From the NCBI GenBank assembly GCA_951406725.2, contig OX597823.1:67766001-67830000 (forward strand): a stretch of DNA of 64,000 nt, given 5' to 3'. Shown piece by piece: positions 50,888 through 63,399 of the stretch. The notes beneath the pieces are model-generated. The model did no database searches, had not been told where the DNA came from, and saw only the letters and a list, made by a program, of their open reading frames with translations. Numbering within the stretch: the first letter of the stretch is position 1; the number at the start of each line of letters is the position of its first letter. The position numbers and the translations under genes are program-made. This DNA comes from Octopus vulgaris (Eukaryota).

Positions 50888-52189
50888 CAGGATGTGATGG
50901 GTAAATTGTCACCATCTTATATTTTTAATTTCGTGCATGTACATTGCTTGTTTTTGATTTTGTTGACCACACAGTATTGTAGCGTCAGTTGGGTACCATC
51001 TGTGAGAAAAACAGCACCATAAGACAATTCACTCTGCCAGAAATTTGGAAATGATATGCTGTATTCCTTGGCATTCGTGTCGGAAGCTCCAATATGAACA
51101 TTTTAGAGTGTTTGAGTGTCAATGCGAGGATAATGCAGAGGATTTAGAAAGAATTGGATGAATCTAATGGTGATTATGAAGGTATGGCACCTTGGAAAAC
51201 TCACTCTGATCTTTCTGATAGGAAAAGAACTCCTGAATTTGTTGGTGAGATTGAGACCGTAATTGACAATAATCCCTTCAAGTCAATCCAGTCCATCGCC
51301 AGGGACACGGGAGTGTTTGAGTTTCTTATCAAGCAGGTAATGCATGAAGACATTTGATATTCCTCACACAAGATGAGAAAGGACCAATTTTTATCTCAAG
51401 CCATTAAGGACAAGAGGGAAGACCGTGCAACGAAGCTTTTAAACAAACTCAAGCATCCTCTCCAACTGAATATGCTTTAGTTTTTCTCAGACGAGAAAAA
51501 TTTCTGCCAGGATCAGATGGTGAACATACAGAGCAACATTTGGCTTGCTGTATACCCAAAACATGTGCCAAGAGTAATAGAAAATCAAACATCCAGTCAA
51601 CATCCTGGTGTTTGGAGTGATCACTAGTGATGGCGATGTTATGCCTCCACTTATTTTCCCACATCGCCTCAGTCTCAACATAGAGGCCTAGATCACGTGC
51701 CTGGAGGAGGTAGTGCTGCCCTAGGTCAACAGGGTGACTGCTGGAAGACCGTATGTCTGGCAACAGGACTCTGCACCATGCTACACAAGCTGGGGAACCC
51801 AATCATTGATGTCAGACAATTTCTGAACCACATCACCCCTAACATCTGGCCACCTAACTCTCTAGACTGCAAGCCCCTTGGTTATTTATGTGTGAGGCTC
51901 AGTTGAGCGAGAGACCAGCAAAACTTGTAACAACAAAGATGAACTGAAGGCAAGGATTATGGCAGCATCCACCAACTTAAACAAGGAGACCATCCAGAAG
52001 AGTTGCAGGAGAGTCTGAAGTCATCTGGAGGCTGTTGTTGAAGCCAATGGTGATTTTATTGAATGAATTTACTCTTTAGCATTTCAAGATATTTTTATGT
52101 AATTTAGGTAAATATATCTGTTACAATGAGATGTCAGTGTTCTTTTCCTTTTTGCATAATTTAGATGACAATTTATTCACTGCACCCTG
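50888..52189 (+). mobile_element. Decayed Tc1/mariner DD37D (maT-like) transposon
   Basis: TIR-like caggatgtgatgggtaaattgtca / tgacaatttattcactgcaccctg; peptides FFSDEKNF, WQQDSAPC and WPPNSLDCKPLGY, with ~37 residues between the second D and the LDY position. Confidence 0.85.
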
Positions 52190-52227
52190 GTAAAACATTG
52201 CAAACTGCAATCTGTAAGAATTTTATC

Positions 52228-54022
52228 ATCATGATCATCATTTAACATCTGCTTTCCATGCTAGCATGGGTTGGACGATTTGATTGAGGACTGGCGAACC
52301 AGATGGCTGCACCAGGCTCCAATCTGATCTGGCAGACTTTCTACAGCTGGATGCCTTTCCTAACACTAACCACTCCGAGAGTATAGTGAGTGATTTTTGC
52401 ATGCCACCGACATGAGGGCTTGTCAGGTGGTACTGGCAACGGCCATGCTCAAATGGTGTTTTTTACGTGCCACCTGCATACAAGCCAGTCCAGCAGCACT
52501 TGCAAAGACCTCGCTTGAATATTTTTTCACATGCCACTGGCACAAGTGCCAGTAAGGCGACACTGGTAACGATCATGCTTGAATGGTGCTTTTTACATGC
52601 TACTGGCGTGGAAGTCAGTCAGCTGCTCTGGCAACAATCATGCTCGGATGGTGTTCTTAGTGCTCCACTAGCACGGATGCCAGTCATTGAATTTGATTGC
52701 GATTTCGATTTCACTTGCCTCAACAGGTCTTCGAAAGCAGAGTTTAGTGTCTAATGAAGGAAAGGTACGCATAAATGGGCTGGTTACACCCCTGGCATAG
52801 GCCGCGGGTTATGGTCCCACTTGGCTTGCCGGGTCTTCACAAGCAGAGCATATTTCCAAAGGTCTCAGTCACTAGTCATTGCCTTGGTGAGGCCTAATGT
52901 TTGAAGGTTGTACTTCACCACCTCATCCCAGGTCTTCTTGGGTCTACCTCTTCCACAGGTTCCCTCAACTGCTAGGGTGTGGCACTTTTCATACAGCTAT
53001 CCTCATCCATTCTTGCCACATGACCATACCAGCACAGTCATTTCTCTTGCACAACACATCTGATGCTTCTTAGGTCCAACTTTTCTCTCAAATGTGTAAC
53101 GTCAGTGTGCATACTCTGTCGAGTATCACACTGACATTACACATCCATCGGAGCATACTGGCTTCATTCCTTGCAAGCTTAGACATGTCCTCAGCAATCA
53201 TGGCTCATGTACTACCATGTAGCATGGCTGTGCATACACATACGTCATACAGTCTACCTTTTACTCTGAGCGAGAAGCCCTTTGTCACCAGCAGAGGTAA
53301 GAGCTCTCAGAACTTTGCCCAAGCTATACTTATTCTAGCAGGTACACTTTTAGTGCAGCCACCCACACTACTTACTTGGTCACTTAGGTAATGGAAACTA
53401 TCAACTATCCCTGAAATGTGGCAGAAGTTGTTCTCTTCACATTTTCAGTGGTTATTGCTCCTGAGCATCTGCCACATACAAAAACTCTCTTCCCAGTTAG
53501 CCTGTCCATAGCTTACACTGGGTACATCTTATAGAGTTTCTACCTATGCCTTTTCTACAGATCAAGCAGGGCCATTTACCTGTAGGGATTTTTTAGTTAG
53601 TCTGCCTTCTTACTTATTAGGATCTTAGTTTTAGCTAGGTTGACTCTAAGGCCCTTCGATTCTAATCCTTGCTTCCACACCTGAAACTTCTCTTCTAGTT
53701 CTGATAGTGACTCAGCAATTAGAGCAAGGGCATCAGCATAGAGGAGCTCCCAGGGGCATCCTGTCTTGAATTCCTCTGTTATTGCCTGGAGGACTATGAT
53801 AAATAGGAGGGGACTGAGGACTGAGCCTTGGTGGACCCCCCTACCTCTACCTGGAATTCTTCACTGTATTCGTTGCCAACATTCAACTTACTGACAAGCG
53901 TTGCTGTACATGGCTTGCACAGCTCTCACTAACCATTCATCTATCCCTAGTTTCCTCATTGACCACCAGATAAGGGATTGGGGGACCCTGTCAAAGGCTT
54001 TCTCTATGTCAACGAAAGCCAG
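52228..54022 (-). mobile_element. 5'-truncated RTE LINE (RT to 3' tail)
   Basis: LAFVDIEKAFDRVP, HQGSVLSPLLF, LLYADAL, RGRPKKTW, 3' UTR hairpin array and (GAT)n tail. Confidence 0.95.
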
Positions 54023-54172
54023 GTATATATATATATACGTGTGTGTGTATCTATATACGTATAAATATATGTGTGTATATATATATATGTGTGTATATAT
54101 ATGTGTGTGTATATATATAATTGAATAAGATAGAATCAACAACAAGGAGTACTGTTGAACAGTTATTTTTTA

Positions 54173-54278
54173 ATCAATACACATATTTCCATACAACATA
54201 GTTCCTCATATTTACAGGAATTTGATTATGCAATGGTTTACCTGTATAATGGGATCCAGTTGTATATCTTCAGGTGAT
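54173..54278 (-). ncRNA. Type I hammerhead motif with long structured stem II
   Basis: atcac CTGAAGA tatacaac [61 nt] gttgtatg GAAA tatgtg TA ttgat. Confidence 0.65.
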
Positions 54279-54681
54279 ATTCAGTTGCTGTCCCCGTTAG
54301 TTACAAAACCTTCAACTTCAATGCTAACACATTCGTCTGCCTTGTTTGAATTTAGCAGACCCTGGCAGTTTCAATCTGCTTGTTGTGAGCATGCTTCTAT
54401 GTGCCTGCTATGAATGGTACTGGATATATGGCTGTTTATTTTGTTCCCCATTTTAGGCTGCGTATGTGAAATTTTATTATCCAACCTTCAGTATTCATTG
54501 GTTCAGAGACACACACAGCCTCTCCCATTTATATATTCATGTATACATTCCCATATACACACACACAGATACACTCACATATATATGCCTTCATACATAT
54601 GTATATGTATGAAGGCATAATATACATCTCTGGGCATCCCCATATATATATATATATATATACATAAGTATGCATATCTAA

Positions 54682-55608
54682 TCCTTCTCTTTCAATGCAG
54701 ATCATCATAATTACCTTATTAGTTCATTTCATTATTCTATCTATTTCATTATCTATGTAAACATAGTTTCGTCTTCCATGCTGTATGTTTAAAAATAACA
54801 AACTTAAGATCCCTTCGTTCGATCCAATTCTCTGTCTTTCTCCCTCTCTATCACGCTCATTTATTATTATCACTTATTCATTTATTTATCTAATTTTGTC
54901 ACAGATTGCCTGACCGATAACTCTTAGTTATAGCTCTAGTTAAGAATTTCAAATACCTAATTCTATTTCACTATTATCGTAATATTTTCTAACACTGGCA
55001 GCTTGAGTCTCTGCTGTTTCATTAAATTATGTTACCCTAGATCCCCAAAATATTTTCTCTCCCTGTGTTCTATCTTTGATCAGCCTAACTCTGGTTCTTG
55101 CTCTCTGTTTCGATAACCACTTGCTTCCCCAATACTTATCCCCTTCTCCCCCACCCCACCATATATAAACTAGCTCACTCAGATTCCCTTACCTCATTTT
55201 AATCACCTCACCAAAAAAGTAGAAAACTAGATGTTCAGATAAGCAGTCTTGTTCTTTCAACCTAGTACATCTAGTCCTTCTCTTTCAGTGCAGATCATCA
55301 TAATTACCTTATTAGTTCATTTCATTATTCTATCTATTTCATTATCTATGTAAACATAGTTTCATCTTCCACGCTGTATGTTTAAAAATAACAAACTTAA
55401 GATTCCTTCGTTCGATCCAATTCTCTCTCTTTCTCCCTCTCTTTCATGTTCATTTATTATCATCACTTATTCATTTATCTAATTTTATCGCAGATTGTCT
55501 GACCGAAAACTCTTGGTTATAGCTCTAGTTAAGATTTTCAAATACCGAATTCTATTTCACTCTTATCATAATATTCTCTGACACCAGTAGCTTGAGTCTC
55601 TGCTGTTT
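54682..55608. repeat. ~335 bp direct repeats (54682-55020, 55275-55608)
   Basis: tccttctctttca(a/g)tgcagatcatcataattacc...cttgagtctctgctgtttc occurs twice. Confidence 0.95.
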
Positions 55609-55839
55609 CGCGGTGCACCCGGCCTTCCTACCCTACAACCTGTACCAGAAGTCTCTATCCTCTGACCTCGATTGGATGTCTCCCATGAACACTTCTAAAG
55701 GCTTAATACACCTGCATCCCTACTTAGGGTTTATCTCCTATGTAAGATAGTGATCATCTAGGGCATAAAAATGGTGTGGTATATGCAGGTTAAAGACTAT
55801 TGTATGTAGATGAGTTCTGCTAAATGTGAGTTTTCTTTT

Positions 55840-56755
55840 AGGTACATGACGCTGCTGTCCCCCATCCCATGGTCTCATGGGCCCACATTTCCCATACCCT
55901 CAGGGATGGTACACTCAATGTGGGCACACTGAAAGGTAGGTCTGAGGAGATTGTTGAGATGCTTGAATGGTGATGTGTAGATTTGTGCTGCATCCAAGAA
56001 GTAAAGTGGAGAGGTTCTGCTAGGTTCCTCACAGCCAGAGAACATAAGTATAAGATTTTCTGGGCAGGGAACACTGATGGTGTCGGGGGCATGGGTACAC
56101 TTCTAGGTTGATAAGGTAATTGAGGTAGTCAGAGTCAGCGATAGAATACTTAAGATTAGATTAGTGGCTGGTAACTTCAATGGGCATGTTGGACAACATG
56201 CAGGGGGCTTCCATGGTGTACATGGAGGCTATGGTTTTGGTTCCCACAATGAGAAGGGAACCAGGTTGCTGGAGTTCTATGATGGAAATGATCTTATGGT
56301 TTGTAATATTAACTTCAGGAAACCTGCCAGTCATCTATTCACCTACCGATCTGGTAGACACAATAACCAAATTGACTACATCTTCACCAGAAAACGGGAA
56401 AGATGGCTACTTATAAATGCCAAAACCTTCCCAGGTGTAGAATGCACCCCACAACATAGATTAGTAGTTAGCAACTTCAGGGCTAAATTTTTGCCCAGAA
56501 TATGACCAGCATGGAGGAGAAAGGTCGGGAAGCTTAAGGATTCTGTGGATGGACAGAGATTTAGAGGCGTATTACTCAGTTTTTCACGAAATAGAGGGGT
56601 ATATAGAATCACATGATGTGGAAGACAACTGGAGGTTTCTATGAGACAACCTCTTGAGGGCCACTGAACAGATCTGTAGATGATGCAAAGTCCCCTCTTA
56701 ACCCAAGGTAACGTGGTGGCAGAAAAATGTAGTTGGCAGGGCCATTGAAGAAGAG
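55840..56755 (+). mobile_element. RTE LINE apurinic endonuclease fragment
   Basis: GTLNVGTLKG, CCIQEVKW, AGNFNGHVG, NQIDYI, QHRLVV; frameshifts. Confidence 0.92.
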
Positions 56756-56792
56756 AAACTTGAACAACAAACAGATGTATTAGTTTAATGCT

Positions 56793-56829
<37 letters not shown>

Positions 56830-56831
<2 letters not shown>

Positions 56832-57202
56832 GTGTAGGAGTGGCTGTGTAGTAATTAGCTTGCTTACAAACCACATGGTTCTGGGTTCAGTCCCACTGTG
56901 TGGCACTTTGGGCAAGTGTCTTCTACTATAGCCTTGGCCCAACCAAAGACTTGTGAGTGAATTTGGTAGACGGAAACTGAAAGAAGCCCATCGTATATAT
57001 GTATGTATGTGTGTGTGTATACGTTTGTGTGTCTGTGTTTGTTCCCCCAACATTGCTTGACAACAGATGTTGGTGTGTTTATGTCCCTGTAACTTAGCAG
57101 TCCGGCACAAGGAATAAGTTCTGGGGTCGATTTGCTCAACTAAAGAAGGTGCTCTAGTATGGCCACAGTCAAATGACTGAAACAAGTAAAACAGTAAAGA
57201 GT
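56830..57202 (+). mobile_element. SINE family A
   Basis: Both halves with central TA/TG tract and aagtaaaacagtaaagag tail. Confidence 0.92.
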
Positions 57203-57216
57203 AATATATAGATATG

Positions 57217-57263
<47 letters not shown>

Positions 57264-57349
57264 ATCTGTATATATATATGTATGTATAATGTGTGTGTAT
57301 CTGTATATATATATATATATATATGTGTGTGTACATATATATATATATG

Positions 57350-58494
57350 TGTGGAAAATTGGTGTGTGCTTGTTTGCAGCATTGTTAAGTAACTCCTACA
57401 TCGTTTCACTGATTTTGATGAAACTTGACATATGAGTAGAATTCATGTCTGGAAACTTCGTGACATACTTAGATTGTTGAAAAAATTGATAATATGGCCC
57501 CTGCACGGGACCTTTATATCTACCTCATATAACTAATTTTTTTTTAAACACCCAAGGGAAATAACCCATAGCACCTGTACAATATATTTTTTAAACACTC
57601 AAAGGAAATAACCCATTTATGTTTGATTACTTTGAATATTGATTTTTTGTGTGTCCTATTGCTAATTTTTGAAGACAATATCACTTTTAAACTTAATTTG
57701 ATATGTGAGTAGAACTCATGTCTGGAAACCTTGTGACACTTAGAGTGCTGAAAAGAAATCAATAATAGGGCCCTTCTACTGGAACTTTCTATTTCCCTTG
57801 GGTTGTTTAAAAAAATATGTTAGTAATATGTAGTATATATTACTAATATTTTATTTAAACAACCCAAGGGTTATAACCCATACCACCTGCAGATTTTAGC
57901 AAAGCAATAAAAATTTGATTCTCACGGTCAGCTGACATTTCTATACTCAGAGTTTATAACTGCTAAACATTATTATTGCACTTCCTTGATTTGAATCTTA
58001 AACCTTCAAACCTTCATTCCTACATTTCTATACATACATACATTTTTGAATGTTCATTACTCCAATAATTCTGCAATTTTACACTTACACCGTTTCCATG
58101 ACAGTAGACAAATTTTTTTATTCCGCAACTTATTTATAGTGGCTATGCATGCATAGTGTGGATTCAATCCTTGATTGCCAAATTTCACTTAACACTTCAA
58201 CAGTTCTTTTCTCATGGTAAAACAATAATTATCTTGTGAATGACAGCAGTTATACATTTCCCAGGTGCATTGCTAAGCAGAATAATGTCATTGCCACTCG
58301 CCAACCTCCGACAACCACTCTCACAAATCTCCGACAATCTTTCTCGCCAACCGCCAAACAATCTCTCCCATCTCCAGCTGACAGTTTTTGTATATTTTTG
58401 AGATTGAAAATACAACTTTTGTGGCAATTATAATGAAATTGCTTACTTATATCGAACATCTTTACCCCTGTGAATTAGCGGGTACACTAGCTAG
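57350..58494 (+). mobile_element. Non-autonomous Helitron-like element
   Basis: 3' end cccctgtgaattagcgggtacactagCTAG|t (subterminal hairpin-like motif plus CTAG); internal duplicated blocks and a palindrome at 57795-57870. Confidence 0.55.
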
Positions 58495-58514
58495 TATATA
58501 CATATATATGTATA

Positions 58515-58558
<44 letters not shown>

Positions 58559-58779
58559 TGTGGGTGTGTGTGTGTGTATATATATATTTATATGCATACA
58601 TATATGTGGATATATATATATATTTATATGCATATATATATACATACATATATGTGGATATATATATATATTTATATGCATATATATACATACATATATG
58701 TGGATATATATATATATTTATATGTACATATATGCATACATATATATGTGTGTGTGTATATATATATATATCTATATAA

Positions 58780-58962
58780 AGGGAAAATTTACGAAAATGA
58801 ACAAAAGATGAGGTCAGGTGGTGTACAAACAAACAAATGTATTAGTACAGCGCTCGTGAATAGAAAAAGTCTTTTACGTTTCAAGCCTACGCTCTTCCAC
58901 AAAGATACACAAAAAAAAAACAAGGAGAGAAAAAAATGCATTTAGTAGCTAATGATCTATCA
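58780..58962 (-). mobile_element. ~180 bp TA-embedded element (family H2) with a degenerate hammerhead
   Basis: Homologous to 61266-61450; minus strand ttgtgga a gagc-gtag-gctt GAAA cg TA aaag. Confidence 0.7.
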
Positions 58963-58998
58963 GTATATATATACATACATATATGTGTGTATATATAT

Positions 58999-59039
<41 letters not shown>

Positions 59040-59213
59040 TATATATATGTATATATATATACATATATACATACATATATTTGTATATATATGTATGTGT
59101 GTATATATATATGTATATATATATACATATATACATACATATATATATATGTGTATATATATGTATGTGTGTGTGTATATATATATATATATACACACTC
59201 ACACATACACATA

Positions 59214-59244
<31 letters not shown>

Positions 59245-59385
59245 GTTTATGTATATATATACATATATACATATATATATGTGTATATATATGTATGTGT
59301 GTGTATATATATATATACACACTCAAACATACACATATATATACATATATATGTATTCATGCATATTTATGTGTGTATATATATA

Positions 59386-60003
59386 GTCAGTCCAGCTGTG
59401 CATTCCTTCCTTCTTGTGACACTTGTGAAGACCTGTTGAGGCAAGTGAAAATCAAATCAAAAAATCAAAATCAAAACAAATCAAAATAGATGAACATCAA
59501 TGGAATCTGTATCTTTGTGGTACCAGTGCCGGTGGCACACACTTTGTGGTACCAGTGCCGGTGGCACACAAGAGAACCATCCGAACGTGGCCGTAGCCAG
59601 TTCCGCATCGACCGGCCTCCGTGCTGTGGGCACGTAACAAGCACCATCCGATCGTGGTTGTTTGCCAGCCTCATCTGGCACCTGTGTCGGTGGCACATAA
59701 AAACACCATCCGAGCGTGGCCGTCTGCCAGCCTCGTCTGGCACCTGTGTCGGTGGCACATAAAAAACACCATCCGAGCGTGGCCGTTTGCCAGCCTCGTC
59801 TGGCACCTGTGTCGGTGGCACATAAAATCACCCACTACACTCTCGGAGTGGTTGGCGTTAGGAAGGGCATCCAGCTGTAGAAACACTGCCAGATCTGACT
59901 GGACTGGTGCAGCTTCCGGGCTCCCCAGACCCCAGTTGAACCGTCCAACCCATGCTAGCATGGAAAGCGGACGTTAAATGATGATGATGATGATGATGAT
60001 GAT
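59386..60003 (+). mobile_element. RTE 3' UTR with ~5-6 hairpin units
   Basis: Inverted near-copy of 15866-16390; local tandem duplication of ctttgtggtaccagtgccggtggcacac. Confidence 0.92.
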
Positions 60004-60121
60004 ATATACATACACATACATACATACATATATATATATATGTATTCATGCATATATATATATATATCTATATACATGTATATATGTATATTCTTAAATA
60101 TATATGTATTTTTATGTATAT

Positions 60122-60169
<48 letters not shown>

Positions 60170-60267
60170 ATGCATATATATATATGCATACATTTGTATG
60201 TATTTATGTATATGTATATATATATATATATATGTTTGTACATATATATATATATATATGTTTGTAC

Positions 60268-60298
<31 letters not shown>

Positions 60299-60384
60299 TA
60301 TATGTGTATGTATATATAAATATATATATATATATATGTATATATAAATATATGTATGTGTGTATATATATGTGTAGAAATATG

Positions 60385-60836
60385 TACATCCGCTAAGAAT
60401 TGGTGTCTTCTCAGAGTGAGCACCATTGGCTACAACTGTCTGACTTCTGCCCTTCAGAAAATCATGCAGCCAGTCTCTCAATTTCCCAGTAATACCAAGG
60501 TTTTGCAGCTTGTGACATATCATGCCATGATCAACCTTGTCGAAAGCCTTGACAAAGTCAAGTTATATCACACCTACAGCTGAGATGTTTAACTTTTGCT
60601 TCAGTACCCATTGCAAGTGCTGCAGCAACTGTGTGAGGTAGCTCCTCCCTGGACAGAAGCCGTGTTGCATGTTTGAGAGGAGGTTATATTCTTCTAGGAA
60701 CGTGATCAGCATTTTTCTGACAATGTGTTACATTGTCTTGCTAACGTGTGAGGTCTGAGAGAGGGCCTGTAGTTTTTAGCATCTGCTCTGCTCCCTCCTT
60801 TATGGAAAGTGCATATTATACCATCTTTTAGTATGC
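60385..60836 (-). mobile_element. CR1/Jockey-group LINE RT fragment
   Basis: [60 protein letters not shown]. Confidence 0.88.
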
Positions 60837-60992
60837 TTATATGTATATAAATGTATGTATGTATGTATATTTATACATGTATGTATATATGTATGTATAC
60901 ATACATATATATATGTATATATACATATATACATATATGTATATATATATATGTGTGCATACATATACATTTATGTATATATACATATATAC

Positions 60993-61023
<31 letters not shown>

Positions 61024-61174
61024 TACATGTATGTATATATACATATATACATGTATGTATACATATGTATGTATATATATGTATGCATATATATACATAT
61101 ATACAAGTATGTATATGTATACATATGTATGTATATATATGTATGCATATATATACATATATACAAGTATGTAT

Positions 61175-61205
<31 letters not shown>

Positions 61206-61227
61206 CATATATATACATATATACAAG

Positions 61228-61266
<39 letters not shown>
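60837..61266. repeat. TA-rich compound microsatellite with a 60-bp higher-order unit
   Basis: gtatgcatatatatacatatatacaagtatgtatat starts at 61081, 61141 and 61201. Confidence 0.9.
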
Positions 61267-61270
<4 letters not shown>

Positions 61271-61450
61271 AGAGTTTATGAAAAAAAAAACAAAAGATGA
61301 AGACAGGTGGTGTACAAAACAGATGTATTGTATAACGCTCAGGAATAGAAAAAGTCTTTTACGTTTCGAGCCTATGCTCTTATACAGAAAGGAAAACAGA
61401 AAACAAGGAGAGAAAAAAATGTGTGTAGTGGCTAACGATCTATCATGGCG
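61266..61450 (-). mobile_element. Family H2 element, second copy
   Basis: cttt CTGTATA a gagc-atag-gctc GAAA cg TA aaag. Confidence 0.7.
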
Positions 61451-61964
61451 TCTGACTCCTTTTTTGTTTCTTTAGTAAAGAGAGGTTAATGGACGGCTGA
61501 AAACAGTGGGAAGGAAGTAAGCGGAAGTAATGTTATAGGCGATGGGGAAGAGTGAGGAGGTAGGATTTATAGTCCAGCAATGGTAGAATAACAAGGAAAA
61601 AAAAGAAAAAGAATGGAAAAAAATTCTTGCGGGGAGGAAATTAAACGTGGATAGGAAACATACAAAAGGTGTGGGGAGAAAGAAGCACAAGCGTTTGAAG
61701 AAAAAATAAAAATTAAATTAAATTTAAAAAATAAATAAATAAATAAATAAAAGAATAATAATAAGAAAAGGGCGTGAGGAGAAGAAAATATATGCAAGGT
61801 GGGAGAAGAAAATAAAAGCGATGAAGATGGAACAAATAGAAAGTGGGGAGAAAGGGAGAAAAGAAGATGAGGAGAGAAATGAAACGGAGGGAGAGGGAGG
61901 CAAAATATGTATTTATATGTATGTATATATACATGTATGTGTATATATATGTATATATATATAT

Positions 61965-62988
61965 ATAAATGGACAGGTTTAAGAGACAGAATCACCCTCA
62001 AGCAATTCAATCATCATTGAATGACATTATCCACAATATGTACATATATGACTAAATATTAAAATTATCAAAATTAATACGTACAATTCTTATTCCAAAT
62101 TATCAAAATTAATATCTTCAATTCTTATTACACATCATACACTTTACATTATCTAAACTTTTAATCTTAATTGTTTCTAAAACTCAATTTTAAGAATGAT
62201 AGTATAATGAATATACATTACTTGTATTGTAATTATAAAAGTAATAAAAAATTAAATTTTTACTGATTTTTACTAATTTTACTGACTTTCACTTATTTCG
62301 AAATATTTTAAAATATTTAAAAATTATATGTTGAGTAATTTAGTTTACCTATTTGCTGACCTAGAAATTTATTATTTATGAAAGTTAATATAAAAATTAA
62401 TTAGATTAACCAGAAAAAAATCAAAAAGACTATTCCCATCATACATTCACTTCTGACTTCTCCTGATTTATTATCATTATAAATAATAGAAAATACCTTT
62501 TAAGAACATTTAAATGTTAATAAGAACTATCTCCCCTACAAAGTAGCTCTCAGTGTTGTATTATACAATTGCTGGTAGCCATGTTTAATTCACAGAGAGA
62601 AAATTACCATACAGATAAATTAACATTTCTTTTTACTAACATTTCTTTTTCCTATTTTTATTCCACATTTCTGTTCATTATTTACTAAAGTAAAATTATT
62701 CCAACAATTTCTAGTTATATAATTTTAGTTTGTCATGTCTTAATATACGAGGAAAATAGTAAAATAAGTTCAATTAAGATAGACCTGAAGATTGGCAATA
62801 TATTCGTTTTGTATATGATTTGTAATAAGATATGAAGGTATTAATTTTGATCATTTGGAATAAGAATTGTAGGTATTAATTTTGATCATTTTAATATTTA
62901 GTCCTATATGTACATATTGTGGATAATGTCATTCAATGATGATTGAGTTGCTTGAGGGTGATTCTGTCTCTTAAACCTATCTATTTAT
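61965..62988. mobile_element. TA-embedded fold-back element with ~165 bp inverted arms
   Basis: ggtttaagagacagaatcaccctcaagcaa...ccacaatatgtacatat is mirrored at 62820-62988. Confidence 0.85.
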
Positions 62989-63399
62989 ATATATATATAT
63001 AATACAGTGAGTAATTCCTTTTAGTACCACTAAATTGAACTTCTTTCCCCTCTGGACTTGGAAATAACTTCCCTAATATTAATATTACATATATATATAT
63101 ATATATATTCATGTATGTATATGTGTATATATGTGTGTGTGTATATATATAATTTTATATATAATTAATAGTTTAAAGAAAACAGAGAATACACAGAATA
63201 TTCACTTTTTAATAATTGTGCAGTCATATTAAGTTCTTCCACTCAGATAATATATCTCCATAGACAAAATATCTTCTGGAAGAAAGTTGCAAACAGGCCT
63301 GTATATATATATATATATGTATCAACCAGAATATTAGATATTGTTATTCACTACTAGTCGCACTGCACTTTCTTGTAATTAGTTAGGCGATTACTCTCT

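Noticed and set aside
59471-59977. CRISPR-like repeat/spacer appearance and repeated MLAWVGRF ORFs
   Set aside because: The units are tandem parts of an RTE 3' UTR, the spacers are homologous to each other, there are no cas genes, and the context is eukaryotic.
58388-61300. Many long Y/I/C/V/H/T-rich ORFs (also 4744-5386)
   Set aside because: They are translations of (TA)/(TG)/(CA) microsatellites.
63268-63343. aatatc-tCTGGAAGA...caac-caGAA-tatTA-gatatt hammerhead-like motif
   Set aside because: Both core boxes deviate and there is only one copy.
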